DNA of 64,000 bases from an uncultured bacterium (GCA_963786935.1 CAWBAN010000001.1:1408001-1472000); one strand, 5' to 3'; counted from the first letter of the stretch, positions 21,268-31,792 are shown. A program made the numbers and translations. Notes: generated from the sequence alone by a model not told the origin.

Positions 21268-21405
21268 GGATAATCCCTCCGCCGGGGAGTATCCCCGCAA
21301 ACGGCCGTTCTGTCAAGCCGGGCGCTCGGGCGTCCGGCGTTTTCCCTTGTCCCCGCGCCGCACCGCCCCTATAATTCGAGCCTCAGACGCACGGGAGGAA
21401 TATTC

Positions 21406-22338
21406 ATGTATGACGTCACCGTCATCGGATCCGGGCCTGCGGGGCTCACCGCGGCCATCTACGCGCGCCGCGCGGAGCTCTCCACGCTCGTCGTCTCGGG
21501 GATGCAGCCCGGCGGACAGCTCACGATCACGTCCGAGGTCGAGAATTTCCCGGGATTTCCCGAGGGCATCCAGGGCCCCGAGCTCATGAACCGGATGCAG
21601 CAGCAGGCGGAGAAGTTCGGCGCGGAGTTCGATTACGGCGAGGCGACCGCCGTCGATCTCGACGGGAAGCCGTTCAAGGTCACCATCGGAAAACGGATCG
21701 TCGAAACCCGCTCGATCATCGTCGCGACGGGCTCGGCGTCCCGCTGGATCGGTATCGAATCGGAGAAGAAGCTCCTCGGCAAGGGCGTATCCGGCTGCGC
21801 GACGTGCGACGGATTCTTCTTCACCGGCAAGCGCGTCGCCGTGGTCGGAGGCGGAGACGCGGCCATCGAGGAGGCGACCTTCCTCACGCGTTTCGCGAGC
21901 GAGGTGACCATCGTGCACCGGCGCGACGAGCTCCGCGCGTCGAAGGCGATGCAGAAACGCGCCCTCGAGAATCCGAAGGTCCGCTTCGAGTGGAACTCAG
22001 TCGTCGAGAACGTGCTCGATCCGGCGCAGAACAAGGTCACCGCGCTTATCCTCAAGAACATCAAATCCGGCGAAACAAAGGAGCTCCCCGTCGACGGCGT
22101 CTTCGTCGCGATCGGCCATGTTCCCGCCACGACGCTGTTCAAGGGCAAGCTCGAGCTCGATGAAAAGGGATACATCGTGGCGCGCGGTACGCGCACCTCG
22201 GTGAGCGGCGTATTCGCCGCCGGCGACGTGCAGGATCCGCGCTATCGCCAGGCGATCTCGGCCGCGGGGAGCGGATGCCAGGCGGCCATCGAGGCGCTCA
22301 AGTTCCTCGAGGGAGAGGACGCCCAGCCGGGCTGGTGA
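21406..22338 (+). CDS. trxB: Thioredoxin reductase
   Basis: GSGPAG, GGQL, CATCDG, GGGDAA, HRRD, GDVQD. Confidence 0.97.
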   Translation: MYDVTVIGSGPAGLTAAIYARRAELSTLVVSGMQPGGQLTITSEVENFPGFPEGIQGPELMNRMQQQAEKFGAEFDYGEATAVDLDGKPFKVTIGKRIVETRSIIVATGSASRWIGIESEKKLLGKGVSGCATCDGFFFTGKRVAVVGGGDAAIEEATFLTRFASEVTIVHRRDELRASKAMQKRALENPKVRFEWNSVVENVLDPAQNKVTALILKNIKSGETKELPVDGVFVAIGHVPATTLFKGKLELDEKGYIVARGTRTSVSGVFAAGDVQDPRYRQAISAAGSGCQAAIEALKFLEGEDAQPGW

Positions 22339-22343
22339 GCATC

Positions 22344-23093
22344 ATGGAACAGTTTTCCGGAAAACGCGCGCTCGTCACGGGGGGCTCGCGCGGCATCGGG
22401 CGCGCGATCGCGCTCAGGCTCGCCGGGCTCGGCGCCGACGTCGCCGTCAACTACGTGAAGAACGAGCAGGCGGCGGCCGAGACGGCGCTCGCGATCGAGC
22501 GGCTCGGCCGGCGCGCGCGAGCGATCAGGGCCGACGTCGCCGAGCCGAAAGAGGTGAAGGGCCTCTTCTCGGCGGTGAAGGATACGTTCGGCGGGCTCGA
22601 CATCTTCGTTTCGAACGCCGTTTCGGGAGTGCTCGGGCCCGCGACGCGCATCGGAAAATTCGGCTGGGATCTCGCGCTCAACGCGAACGCCCGCGCGTTC
22701 CTCCTCGGCGCGCAGGAGGCGGCGAAGCTCTTCCCCGAATCGGGCGGAAGGATCGTCGCGGTCTCTTCGATCGGGAGTTTCTCGTGCCTCCCCGGCTACG
22801 CGGCGGTCGGCGCGAGCAAGGCGGCCCTCGAAACGCTCGTGCGGTATTTCGCGAAGGAGCTCGCGCCCCGCGGGATCAACGTGAACGCCGTCTCCGGCGG
22901 GCCCGTCGACACCGAGGCGCTCGACTATTTTCCCGAGAAGGAGCGTCTCCTCGAAACCTGGAAGGACCGCGCGCCGGCGGGCCGCATCGCGAAACCGGAA
23001 GAGATCGCCGCGGTCGCCGTGTTCCTGCTCTCGGACGACGCCTCGTGGATCCAGGGGCAGACGATCGTCGTCGACGGCGGCTTCACGCTGTAA
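22344..23093 (+). CDS. fabL: SDR, enoyl-ACP reductase FabL-like
   Basis: TGGSRGIG, SNAVSGVLGP, YAAVGASK (Yx6K), NAVSGGPVDTEAL. Confidence 0.8.
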   Translation: MEQFSGKRALVTGGSRGIGRAIALRLAGLGADVAVNYVKNEQAAAETALAIERLGRRARAIRADVAEPKEVKGLFSAVKDTFGGLDIFVSNAVSGVLGPATRIGKFGWDLALNANARAFLLGAQEAAKLFPESGGRIVAVSSIGSFSCLPGYAAVGASKAALETLVRYFAKELAPRGINVNAVSGGPVDTEALDYFPEKERLLETWKDRAPAGRIAKPEEIAAVAVFLLSDDASWIQGQTIVVDGGFTL

Positions 23094-23096
23094 CGC

Positions 23097-23618
23097 TCAC
23101 GCGCCGTCGAGGTGACGGCCTCCCTTGCGCTCCATCCATTCCTGCGGATCGGTGAAGTACTCGAGCGTGTCCTCGAGGGAGAGCCGGTGCTCGCGCTCCA
23201 TCGACGCGAGCAGGGTAAAGAATCGCTTCTCGGCCTTGTCCTTGGCCTGATCGGCGAGCTTCTCGTAGAAGTTCTCCCCCTGGTGCTCGAACCCGATCGC
23301 CGTCTTGACCGCCGCGACGTCGTCGTCGTCGCTCTCGGGAGAGTCCGTCGCTTCCTTCACGAGACGGCCGAGCGCCTCCGTGACCCTCGTCGGAATGTCC
23401 AACGAAAATCCGTCGGGCCACTTGTTGCGCTCCTCGAGCTTCTGGTGCAGATCGACGAGGCGTTTGTAGTGCTCGTTCTCGTCGGCGGCGATGGATTCGA
23501 ACATCTGTCTCCCGAGCGCGTCCTTCGTGCGCTTCGCGTGCGCGAGATAGAAATCGCGCTCCTTCTCTTCGTTCGTGAGCGCGAGCTTGAGCGCTTCGAG
23601 CTTGGCCGCGTTGTCCAT
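23097..23618 (-). CDS. Ferritin-like (rubrerythrin family) di-iron protein
   Basis: Duplicated E...FY...DENEH / EREH motifs. Confidence 0.85.
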   Translation of the reverse strand: MDNAAKLEALKLALTNEEKERDFYLAHAKRTKDALGRQMFESIAADENEHYKRLVDLHQKLEERNKWPDGFSLDIPTRVTEALGRLVKEATDSPESDDDDVAAVKTAIGFEHQGENFYEKLADQAKDKAEKRFFTLLASMEREHRLSLEDTLEYFTDPQEWMERKGGRHLDGA

Positions 23619-23646
23619 GGCAACCTACCTCCCCTGCTTCCATTCC

Positions 23647-23676
23647 TTGACACGAAGGGCCGCGAGACCCTATTAT
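23647..23676 (+). promoter_or_regulatory. sigma70-type promoter
   Basis: TTGACA-18 nt-TATTAT upstream of 23770. Confidence 0.5.
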
Positions 23677-23769
23677 CAGTAAGCATTTTTGTCGCGTTCT
23701 CTGATTCAAAGTACGGTTGCCCCCGGTGCAAGTAAAGCGAAATGTGGGGCGTCACGAAAGGATAACGAC

Positions 23770-24276
23770 ATGGCGCGTGAACGGGACCTCACGACTCTCG
23801 AAGTGCTCAGCATCGCGATCAAATCGGAGATCGAGGCGATCAAGCTCTACCACCGGATGAAGGACAAGGCGAAGAATCCCGACCTTCAGACGAAGCTCGA
23901 TTTCCTCGCGTCTCAGGAGAAGAACCACGAGCGGATCCTCACGGAGGCCTACCGGAAGAAGTTCCCCGGGGTTGAGCTGAGCATGCCGCCGAAGACGCTC
24001 GTCCCGAGCATCGAAGACACCATTCCGGCCGAGGCGACGCTCAAGGATCTCTTCGCCGCGGCGATGGACGCGGAGAAGAAGGCGGACGATTTCTACTCGG
24101 GGCTCGCGAAGAAAACGCGCGACCAGAGCAGCCGCTCGATGCTCGAATATCTCGCGAGCATGGAGCGGAGCCATTTCTCGATTCTCGAGGCCGAGTTCCG
24201 TCAGCTCGAGTTCACCGAGGACTACAACACGGACGATTTTCTCCGGGGCGAGCGCCTCATGAACGTCGGGCCCTGA
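23770..24276 (+). CDS. Ferritin-like (rubrerythrin family) di-iron protein
   Basis: AIKSEIEA..Y, EKNH, EKKA..FY, ERSH; AAGGA SD. Confidence 0.85.
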   Translation: MARERDLTTLEVLSIAIKSEIEAIKLYHRMKDKAKNPDLQTKLDFLASQEKNHERILTEAYRKKFPGVELSMPPKTLVPSIEDTIPAEATLKDLFAAAMDAEKKADDFYSGLAKKTRDQSSRSMLEYLASMERSHFSILEAEFRQLEFTEDYNTDDFLRGERLMNVGP

Positions 24277-24294
24277 GCGTTCGGGCCCGGTCGC

Positions 24295-25598
24295 TCATTT
24301 CGTGTAATAGTCTATCATCCGTTCGATCGCGCGCCTGCAGACCGGGCAGAACGGCCCGGTCTTCTTCGAGAACATGATGCAGTCGCGGCACGGCCGGTAG
24401 AGCCCCTTCGCCGAATAGCCCGCCCCTTCGAACGCCCCGACGACGCCGTCGTACAGCGAGTCGTTGGGCGTCGGGACCGGCGTTCCCGCGCGGATGAGAT
24501 CCCCCCATTTCACGTTCGCCGTATCGAGGAGCGCCGTGATGTTCGGCTCCCACGGCTCCATGCCTTTCGGATAGAGATCGTTGTACGCGACTTCCGAGCT
24601 GTAGTATTCGTCGCCGAGCGCGGCGAACGAGTGGCCGAACTCATGCACGAAAACGTAGGCGTCGAACTCGTTGTCGGAGCAGCCGTTCGAATAGAGATTG
24701 AAGATGCCCCCTCCCCGTACCGCTTCGAGTTCACGATGACGATGACGGCGTCGTACGGGACGTTGCCCGCGATGTCGCGCATGATCTTGTTCGAGAAACC
24801 GAGCATGTACCGGGAAATGTCGAACGCGTTGTAGGAGAATCCGAGGATCGAGTTGCGGTACTTTCCCTCGCGCGGTTCGTCCACGCCCGATTCGTTCGAT
24901 ATCGTCTCGACGAGACGCACGTTGAAATCCCGCTTCCTCCCCTTGAACGGCTCCGTGTTGAAGAGCGCGCCGAGGAGCCGCTCGGTGTCGCCGCGGAGCT
25001 TGTGCGTCTCGTTCTGATCGTAGCCGTCTCCGAGGATCGCGATATCGACCTTGTCGCCCGAGGGCCCGCCGTCGACGAGCTGCCGGACGCGGAAGCCCCC
25101 GTACCGCCGCTCGGCGTTGATATGATAGTCGGCGGGATCGACGACGAGATCGTAGACCGGCGTGAGCACGTTCTTCCGGTCCCGCGTGTCGATTCTCACC
25201 TGCACGGGGCCCTTCGGCAACGGGATGATGAGCGACTCGTGAAAGGTCCGGGGAAATCCGGCGATCGCCTCGCCGGTCGTCTTCCATTCGTCGAAGTGCG
25301 TCGAGAAACCGCGCGAATAGATCATCGCGTTCGTCTTCAGGTCGAACACGCGGAGGATGCAGGTGCCGAGATTGAGCGTATCGAGGAGGGCGCGCGGATT
25401 GCCCGCCCAGTGCGGCTCGATTCTCAATTCGTCGAGACTGTACGTCTCGCTCTTCGCGTCGCCGGTGTGGTAGAGATCGATCCTGAGCGATTTCGCGGTG
25501 AAGTAACGGTCGAAGTCGGGACACGCGGCCGGGCGATCGGCGGCGGCGATTCGAGCGCCCGCGGCCATGATCAACGCGAAAAGCGCGAGACGACGCAT
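24295..25598 (-). pseudogene. Peptidase M64 (IgA peptidase family) split by a 1-nt frameshift near 24707-24716
   Basis: The frame from 25598 gives a signal peptide and ...VNSKRYG; a different frame continues GGIFNLY...HEFGHSFAALGDEYY...EPNIT...CIM...FCPVC. Confidence 0.85.
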
Positions 25599-25652
25599 CG
25601 ATGACCTCCTCGTATGCGGTGCGGCCGCGCCGCGCCGCGATGATCCCGCCGC

Positions 25653-26378
25653 TCAGCGCGAGCGGGTCACGCCGGCGCGCGCGCACGATCGCTCGATCGG
25701 GCAGATCGAGCAGCGCGGCGACACCGGCGCGCAAACCGTTTTTCCGAACGTGACCAAAAGATCGTTGATTTCGAGCCAGTGCCCCTTCGGGAGCGTCGCG
25801 CGGAGACAGGCTTCGGTCTCGACCGGCGCTTTCGTTCCGACGATCCCGAGACGGTTCACGACCCGGTGCACGTGCGTGTCGACGCAGATCCCCGGGAGCG
25901 CGAATCCGAGCGTGAGCACGAGGTTCGCCGTCTTTCTCCCGACGCCCGGGAGCGAGAGGAGCCCCTCCATCGTGTCGGGCACGCGGCCGCCGAGCTCGCC
26001 GTCGATCTTCGCCGACAGGGCGCGGATCGCCTTCGCCTTCGTGCGATAGAATCCGGCGGGGTAGATGAGCGCGGCGACGCGCCTCTCGGCGAGCGCGGCG
26101 AGCGCTTTCGGCGTCGACGCCGCGGCGAAAAGCCGCCGGGCCGCCTCCCCCGTCACCTCGTCCTTCGTCCGGGCGCTGATCACGGTCGATACGAGCACCT
26201 TGAAGGGCGAGCGCGTCCGCCGGGCGATCCGCGTCACCGAGGGCTCTTCCCGCCCGTAGACCGCTTTTCTCACGGAAGGAACGATCCGGCGCAGGACCGC
26301 CGTCGCCGCCCGTCTCCCCTTCGGGAACCAGTCGGCCCGGGGCTCTTTTAAATTCGAAGGGGCATTCGTCATGGACAT
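25653..26378 (-). CDS. nth: Endonuclease III
   Basis: HhH LPGVGRKTA, VDTHVHR, C-x6-C-x2-C-x5-C. Confidence 0.93.
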   Translation of the reverse strand: MSMTNAPSNLKEPRADWFPKGRRAATAVLRRIVPSVRKAVYGREEPSVTRIARRTRSPFKVLVSTVISARTKDEVTGEAARRLFAAASTPKALAALAERRVAALIYPAGFYRTKAKAIRALSAKIDGELGGRVPDTMEGLLSLPGVGRKTANLVLTLGFALPGICVDTHVHRVVNRLGIVGTKAPVETEACLRATLPKGHWLEINDLLVTFGKTVCAPVSPRCSICPIERSCARAGVTRSR

Positions 26379-26533
26379 CTCCCGCGCGCTCGGGATGCAA
26401 CGGGCGGCAGCGCCCGCGCCGAAGTCGGATTTCGTACGCTACCACACGTTTGGCGCCGCTTCAACTCATTTCCCTTGACAGGGGGCGCCACCGGTTTTTA
26501 TCCTTGCACGTTCACGAACGAGGAGGAATCACC

Positions 26534-27685
26534 ATGGATTGGACCTTCACTGACGAGCAGAAGATGCTCAGGGACATGGTCCGCAAGTTCGTCGTCAACG
26601 AGATCAAACCGATCGCTGAAAAAATAGACCAGGAAGAGAAGATCCCCCGGGAGCTCATCAAGAAGATCGCCGAGCTCGGGCTTCTCGGCGTCTCGTTTCC
26701 CCCCGAATACGGCGGCGCCGGCATGGGCGAGACGGGCTACTGCATCGTGCAGGAGGAAATCGGGCGGGGCTGCTCCTCGACCGCGACCTTCATCGGCGCG
26801 CACCAGAGCATCGGAAGCTCCGGCATCTACCTGTTCGGCACCGAGGAGCAGAAGCGGAAATACCTCGTGCCGCTCGCCGAGGGGCGCAAGATCGCCGCGT
26901 TCGCCCTCACCGAATCGAACGCCGGCTCCGACGCGTTCAACAGCGAATCGACCGTCGAGGACAAGGGGGATCACTGGCTCCTCAACGGACGCAAAACCTT
27001 CATCACGAACGGGAGCTTCGCCGACGTCTTCACCGTATTCGCCAAGCATCGGGGCGGGAAGGCCGACGGCAAGGTCTCGAGCTTCATCGTCGAGAAGGGC
27101 TCTCCCGGATTCTCCATCGGGAAGATCGAGCACAAGATGGGCATCCGCGGCTCCGAAACGGCCGAGCTCGTCTTCGAGGACGTGAAGATCCCGTACGAGA
27201 ATCTTCTCGGGCGCGCGGGACGCGGGGTCATCGTCGGGATGCGCATCCTCGCCTGCGGGCGTCTCGGCCTCGGCGCCGCGACCCTCGGCGCGGCGAAGGA
27301 GGCGCTCGCCTTGAGCGCCGCCCACTCGAAGGAGCGCGTCCAGTTCGGGCACAAGATCTCGCAGAACCAGGCGATCCAGTGGATGCTCGCCGACATGGCG
27401 ACCGAGATCTACAACATGGAGTCGATCGTCTACCGCACCGCGTGGATGTACGACCAGGGGATGGACGTGACGAAGGAATCGTCCATGGTGAAGCTCTACT
27501 GCTCCGAAGCGCTCGATCGCATCGTCGACACGGCGCTCCAGGTTCACGGCGGGTACGGCTACATCCGCGAGTACGCGATCGAGCGGATGTACCGCGATTC
27601 GCGCATCAACAGGCTCTTCGAGGGAACGAGCGAGATCCAGCGCCTCATCATCGCGCATGAGGTGCTCCACGCGCGGCAGATCTAG
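26534..27685 (+). CDS. Acyl-CoA dehydrogenase
   Basis: FALTESNAGSD, KTFITNG, KMGIRGS, RVQFG, QVHGGYGY, FEGTSEIQ; GGAGG SD. Confidence 0.95.
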   Translation: MDWTFTDEQKMLRDMVRKFVVNEIKPIAEKIDQEEKIPRELIKKIAELGLLGVSFPPEYGGAGMGETGYCIVQEEIGRGCSSTATFIGAHQSIGSSGIYLFGTEEQKRKYLVPLAEGRKIAAFALTESNAGSDAFNSESTVEDKGDHWLLNGRKTFITNGSFADVFTVFAKHRGGKADGKVSSFIVEKGSPGFSIGKIEHKMGIRGSETAELVFEDVKIPYENLLGRAGRGVIVGMRILACGRLGLGAATLGAAKEALALSAAHSKERVQFGHKISQNQAIQWMLADMATEIYNMESIVYRTAWMYDQGMDVTKESSMVKLYCSEALDRIVDTALQVHGGYGYIREYAIERMYRDSRINRLFEGTSEIQRLIIAHEVLHARQI

Positions 27686-27780
27686 GGAGCGCGCACCGAA
27701 AGTCATCGCGCGGCCGGGCCGGGGCGCCGCGCATGCTTCGATAACGAACGGGAAGGCATCGAGCCTTCCCGTTCGCCGTT

Positions 27781-29313
27781 TCAGATCCCTTCGAGGAACC
27801 GCGGCACGCGGTACTGCACCGCCTCGGCGAGGTGCCGGGCGGCGATCGCCTCCGAGGCGTCGAGATCGGCGATCGTCCGCGCCACCTGGACGATGTTCCG
27901 CCTGCTCCGGGCGCTGAAGAGGAGACGGCGCTGCGCCGCGGCGAGAAGCTCGCGCGCGGCGCGCTCCATCGAGTCCGGCGATTCGAGGCGCGCCGCGCTC
28001 GCGCCGGCGTTCCGCTCCGCGTCTCCCGCGCCGCGAGAGCGCGACCGCTGCCGGTCGACCGCGGCAAGCACCGCGCGGCGCATTTCTTTGGAGCTCATCC
28101 CCGTTCCGTCCGAACCGCGCTCGAAATCCTTCGGATCGACCGGTTTCACCGGCACGTGCAGCGCGATGCGATCGATGAGGGGCCCCGAGATCTTGGCGAG
28201 GTACCGCCTGATCGAGATCGGCGTGCACCGGCACGGCCGGCGGTCCGTGCCCGCGTATCCGCAGGGGCACGGATTCATCGCGGCGACGAGCTGGAACCGC
28301 GCCGGATAGGCGAATGAAAGCCCCGCCCGCGCGATGACGATTCTGCCCTCCTCGAGCGGCTGCCGCAGGCTCTCGAGCACGTTCCGCTTGAACTCGGTGA
28401 GCTCGTCCAGAAAGAGCACGCCGTTGTGCGCAATCGTGATCTCCCCCGGCGCGGCGCCCCTTCCTCCCCCAATGAGCCCGGCGTCGCTCGCCGAATGGTG
28501 CGGGGCGCGGAACGGCCGATCGAGGCTCAGCGCCGCGCCGGCGCCCGTGCCGGCGACGCTCGCGATCTTCGCGTTCTCGAGCGCCTCCTCATCCCCGAGC
28601 GGCGGAAGTATCGTGGGCAGGCGTTTGGCGAGCATCGTCTTCCCGGAGCCGGGAGGGCCGACCATGATGACGTGATGCCCTCCCGCGGCGGCGATCTGCA
28701 TCGCCCGCTTCGCGGCGGCCTGCCCGACGATCTGGCCGTAGTCGACGTCCTCGCCGCCGGTCTCCGCCCGCCGCGGGGGAGCGCTCGCCGCGGCCCGCGG
28801 CGCCCCGCCCTCGAGCACGCGGAGCGCCTCGCGCAGATCCGCGCACGGCACCGCTTCGATCCCCTTCACGACGCCCGCCTCCGCGCCGTTCGCGTCGGGG
28901 ACGAGGAGACGCCGCGCGCCCAACTCGCGCGCGAAGAGCGCGATCGGGAGCACGCCTTTGACCGGCTTGAGGCGACCGTCGAGGGCGAGCTCGCCGAGAA
29001 TGATCGACGCCGGCGATACCGCGGCCGCCGTCTGACCGCTCGCCGCGAGGATGCCGATCGCGATGGGCAGGTCGAATGCCGCCCCTTCCTTGCGCACGTC
29101 GGCGGGCGCGAGGTTCACCGTGATCCGCTTCTGCGGGAGCTTGTAGCCGTTGTTCCTGATCGCCGACGTGACGCGCTCGCGGCTCTCGCGGACGGCCGCG
29201 TTCGGAAGCCCGACGATCGTGAATGAAGGAAGCCCGGCGGCGAGATCGATCTCGACCGTGACCCCGAACCCGTCGATACCCAACACCGCACCCGAACGAA
29301 TCTCAGCGATCAT
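27781..29313 (-). CDS. comM: YifB/ComM Mg-chelatase-like AAA ATPase
   Basis: NLAPADVRKEG, GPPGSGKT, PFRAPHH, LFLDE, AMNPCPCG. Confidence 0.93.
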   Translation of the reverse strand: MIAEIRSGAVLGIDGFGVTVEIDLAAGLPSFTIVGLPNAAVRESRERVTSAIRNNGYKLPQKRITVNLAPADVRKEGAAFDLPIAIGILAASGQTAAAVSPASIILGELALDGRLKPVKGVLPIALFARELGARRLLVPDANGAEAGVVKGIEAVPCADLREALRVLEGGAPRAAASAPPRRAETGGEDVDYGQIVGQAAAKRAMQIAAAGGHHVIMVGPPGSGKTMLAKRLPTILPPLGDEEALENAKIASVAGTGAGAALSLDRPFRAPHHSASDAGLIGGGRGAAPGEITIAHNGVLFLDELTEFKRNVLESLRQPLEEGRIVIARAGLSFAYPARFQLVAAMNPCPCGYAGTDRRPCRCTPISIRRYLAKISGPLIDRIALHVPVKPVDPKDFERGSDGTGMSSKEMRRAVLAAVDRQRSRSRGAGDAERNAGASAARLESPDSMERAARELLAAAQRRLLFSARSRRNIVQVARTIADLDASEAIAARHLAEAVQYRVPRFLEGI

Positions 29314-29407
29314 CCCGTACCTCCCCGCACCATATTCCCCGATCGCCCGCGCCCTTCGGCGCAGCTGCGCGCCCCCCGGCGCGTCACGGCGCCCGCCGGG
29401 GCGCCGC

Positions 29408-30400
29408 CTAGAACGAGAACTTCGGAACGCCCGGCCGTTTCTTCCCGCGCCGCCGCGTGAGCACCGCCGCCGCGACGATCGGGAGCGCGATCGTGGCGTC
29501 GCAGAGGACGGTGACCTGCTTCGCGTCCGCCGCGATCTTGCCCCACGACACGGCCTCGTCGAACGTGCACCCGCTCAATCCCCCCCACTGGGGCGGATCG
29601 GCGACGAACTGAATCGCGTAGCGGTGCCCCTCGACGCGCCGTCCGAGCACCTGATTGGTCACCTCGGTCTGCTGGATGAAGTTCTTCGGCGTGCCGCCGC
29701 CGACGTAGATCACCATCGTCCGCTTCATCGCGGCGATGTCGGCGGTCTCCTCGACGTCGCCCACCATGTCGAAAATCACCTTCGGCGTGCGGCCGGCGAG
29801 CCCGATGCCGATCGAGGAGTCCCCGATCGCGGGGCAGTACACCGGCACGCCTTTCCGGTAGGCCGCGCTCAGAATCCCCTGCTGCCCCTTCGACAGACGA
29901 TTCGCCTCCTTGCCGAGAAGGGAGAGGAACTCCCTCGTCGTGTACGGCCGGTCCTCGAGCGTCCTCGTCGCCCATGCGCCGATCTTCTTGTCGAGGCTCT
30001 GGAATCCCTCCTCGTCGGCGAACGTGTCGTAGATCCGATCGACCATATCCTCGCGGAGCTTCGCGTCGTCCGCGTTCGGAGAGCCGAGGTAATGGTAGCT
30101 TCCCGCCGTTTCGTAGAAATCGTGGTAGAGGTTCGCCCCCGTCGACGCGATCACGTCGATGAACCGGCGCTCGATGAGCGTCACGAGCACCTTGCGCATG
30201 CCCGCGGGCACCATGGCGCCGGCGAGCCCGAGCATGACGATGATATCGTCGTCGAGCGCCTCGGCCCAGATGCGGGCGGCGTGCCCGAGTCCCCGCGCCT
30301 GGAAGCTGCACCCCTCGAGCCCTTCGAGGAGCGCGTCGCACGTCATGCCGGCCCTGAGCTCGATCGGCCGCGTCGGATGGGAAAGGTACTTACGCTTCAC
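29408..30400 (-). CDS. Deoxyhypusine synthase-like protein (SpeY/homospermidine pathway type)
   Basis: STGANLYHD, RIYD, PAIGDSSIG, GGGTPKNF, GGLSGCTFDEAVSWGK with the catalytic Lys. Confidence 0.9.
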   Translation of the reverse strand: MKRKYLSHPTRPIELRAGMTCDALLEGLEGCSFQARGLGHAARIWAEALDDDIIVMLGLAGAMVPAGMRKVLVTLIERRFIDVIASTGANLYHDFYETAGSYHYLGSPNADDAKLREDMVDRIYDTFADEEGFQSLDKKIGAWATRTLEDRPYTTREFLSLLGKEANRLSKGQQGILSAAYRKGVPVYCPAIGDSSIGIGLAGRTPKVIFDMVGDVEETADIAAMKRTMVIYVGGGTPKNFIQQTEVTNQVLGRRVEGHRYAIQFVADPPQWGGLSGCTFDEAVSWGKIAADAKQVTVLCDATIALPIVAAAVLTRRRGKKRPGVPKFSF

Positions 30401-31232
30401 GGTTCAGCTCCTTCCGGATATATCTCGAAATCGCCTCATAGACGATCTTCGCCGCGATGAAATTCGACGTCTCGTCGCGCTCCACGGGCATGAGCTCGAC
30501 CGCGTCCATCGCCACGACGCGCTTGTTCTCGAACACGAACGTGAGGAGATCCATCAGCTCGTCCCACTGGAGGCCCCCCGGCTCCGGCGTCCCGACGGCG
30601 CGGAGGATCGAAGGATCGACCGCGTCGAAATCGATCGACAGGTAGACGGATTCGGGAAGCCGCCGGATCGCTTCCCACGCTCCCTCGTTCCAGAACCCGA
30701 AGATCCGCGTGCCGTCGCAGCCCCGCAGGTATTCGCGCTCCTCGCTCGAGTAGCTCCGCACGCCGATCTGGACGAGCTTTCCGAACGGGAGCGAATTGCG
30801 CGCCGCGCACGCGTGGCTCTCCTTCTCGCCGAGGTACTGCGCGCGCATGTCGGCGTGCGCGTCGAGCCACACGATGCCGATTGACTCGAGGCCGAGCCCC
30901 TCGAGGATCCACGGCGTGATCGAGTGCTCGCCGCCGAGAAAGCAGGGAAGCGTCCGACTGAAATACTCGCGATTGGCGCGGACGAACGATACCACGTCGT
31001 CCTTGCTCGCGAGCTTCTCGCGGAGGGTGACGATGCCCGTTTTCTCGAGATCGACGTCGAGCGCGGAGTTGTAGAACTCGATCTGCAGCGATGCGTCGAG
31101 GATCGCCTGCGGGGCGCGGGCGGTGCCCCTCCCGTAGGAGGCGCTCCATTCGACGGGAACAGGGATCACGGCGACGCGATCCCTGTTTGCTCCCGAAACT
31201 TCCGTTCCGAGAAAATCGTATGTCCGTTCCAT
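30390..31232 (-). CDS. speB: Agmatinase / ureohydrolase
   Basis: GGEHSIT, DAHAD, SHAC, SIDFDAVDP, GTPEPGG. Confidence 0.92.
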   Translation of the reverse strand: MERTYDFLGTEVSGANRDRVAVIPVPVEWSASYGRGTARAPQAILDASLQIEFYNSALDVDLEKTGIVTLREKLASKDDVVSFVRANREYFSRTLPCFLGGEHSITPWILEGLGLESIGIVWLDAHADMRAQYLGEKESHACAARNSLPFGKLVQIGVRSYSSEEREYLRGCDGTRIFGFWNEGAWEAIRRLPESVYLSIDFDAVDPSILRAVGTPEPGGLQWDELMDLLTFVFENKRVVAMDAVELMPVERDETSNFIAAKIVYEAISRYIRKELNREA

Positions 31233-31792
31233 CACCGGCTCTTGTAGTTGCAGAACACTGCCGCGGCAACGGTCGTCGTCCACATCCCATCCTTGCCGAG
31301 CACCGTCTGCGTGATGTTCGTCGTGCGGACGATCTGGCGCGCGATCTTCCACTCCTGCTTGCGCTCGTTCCACGCCCGTGTCAGGTCGATCTCGATGCCG
31401 AGCGTCGAGGCGAGCATCGTCGCGGCGAGATCCTCGGTGTAATCGCCGAGCTCCTCCTGCCGCTTTCCATAGGCGTGATGCTCGGAGATGTAGCCGTACC
31501 GCTTCCGGTCCTCGGGTATCGCCACGCCGATCGCGGAGCCGACGAGCCGGCTCTGCTCGTCCGTGTGGTTGGTGCTCAGCACGCAGTAGACAATCTCGCC
31601 CGGATGCAACATCGAAGCCCCTCGCGTCCGCGGGATCAGGACGCAGTGAGGCGGGAAGATGCTCGAAACGTGGACGAGGTTGAACTGCGACAATCCCGCG
31701 GCCCGCAACGCGAGCTCGAAGCTGGTGAGCTTCTCCTTGTGTCTCCCGGCGCCGCGCGTCAGGAATATCTTGTCGGGGACTTTACCCTCCAC
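31232..31792 (-). CDS. pdaD: Pyruvoyl-dependent arginine decarboxylase
   Basis: SFELALRAAG..FNLVHVSSIFP (Ser-Ser cleavage site), GYISEHH; GTG start after GAGG. Confidence 0.9.
   Translation of the reverse strand: MEGKVPDKIFLTRGAGRHKEKLTSFELALRAAGLSQFNLVHVSSIFPPHCVLIPRTRGASMLHPGEIVYCVLSTNHTDEQSRLVGSAIGVAIPEDRKRYGYISEHHAYGKRQEELGDYTEDLAATMLASTLGIEIDLTRAWNERKQEWKIARQIVRTTNITQTVLGKDGMWTTTVAAAVFCNYKSR

Noticed and set aside
24240..24276. Ferritin-like C-terminus (LMNVGP) as an encapsulin targeting peptide
   Set aside because: Weak match to the LxVGSL-type motif, and no encapsulin gene in the window
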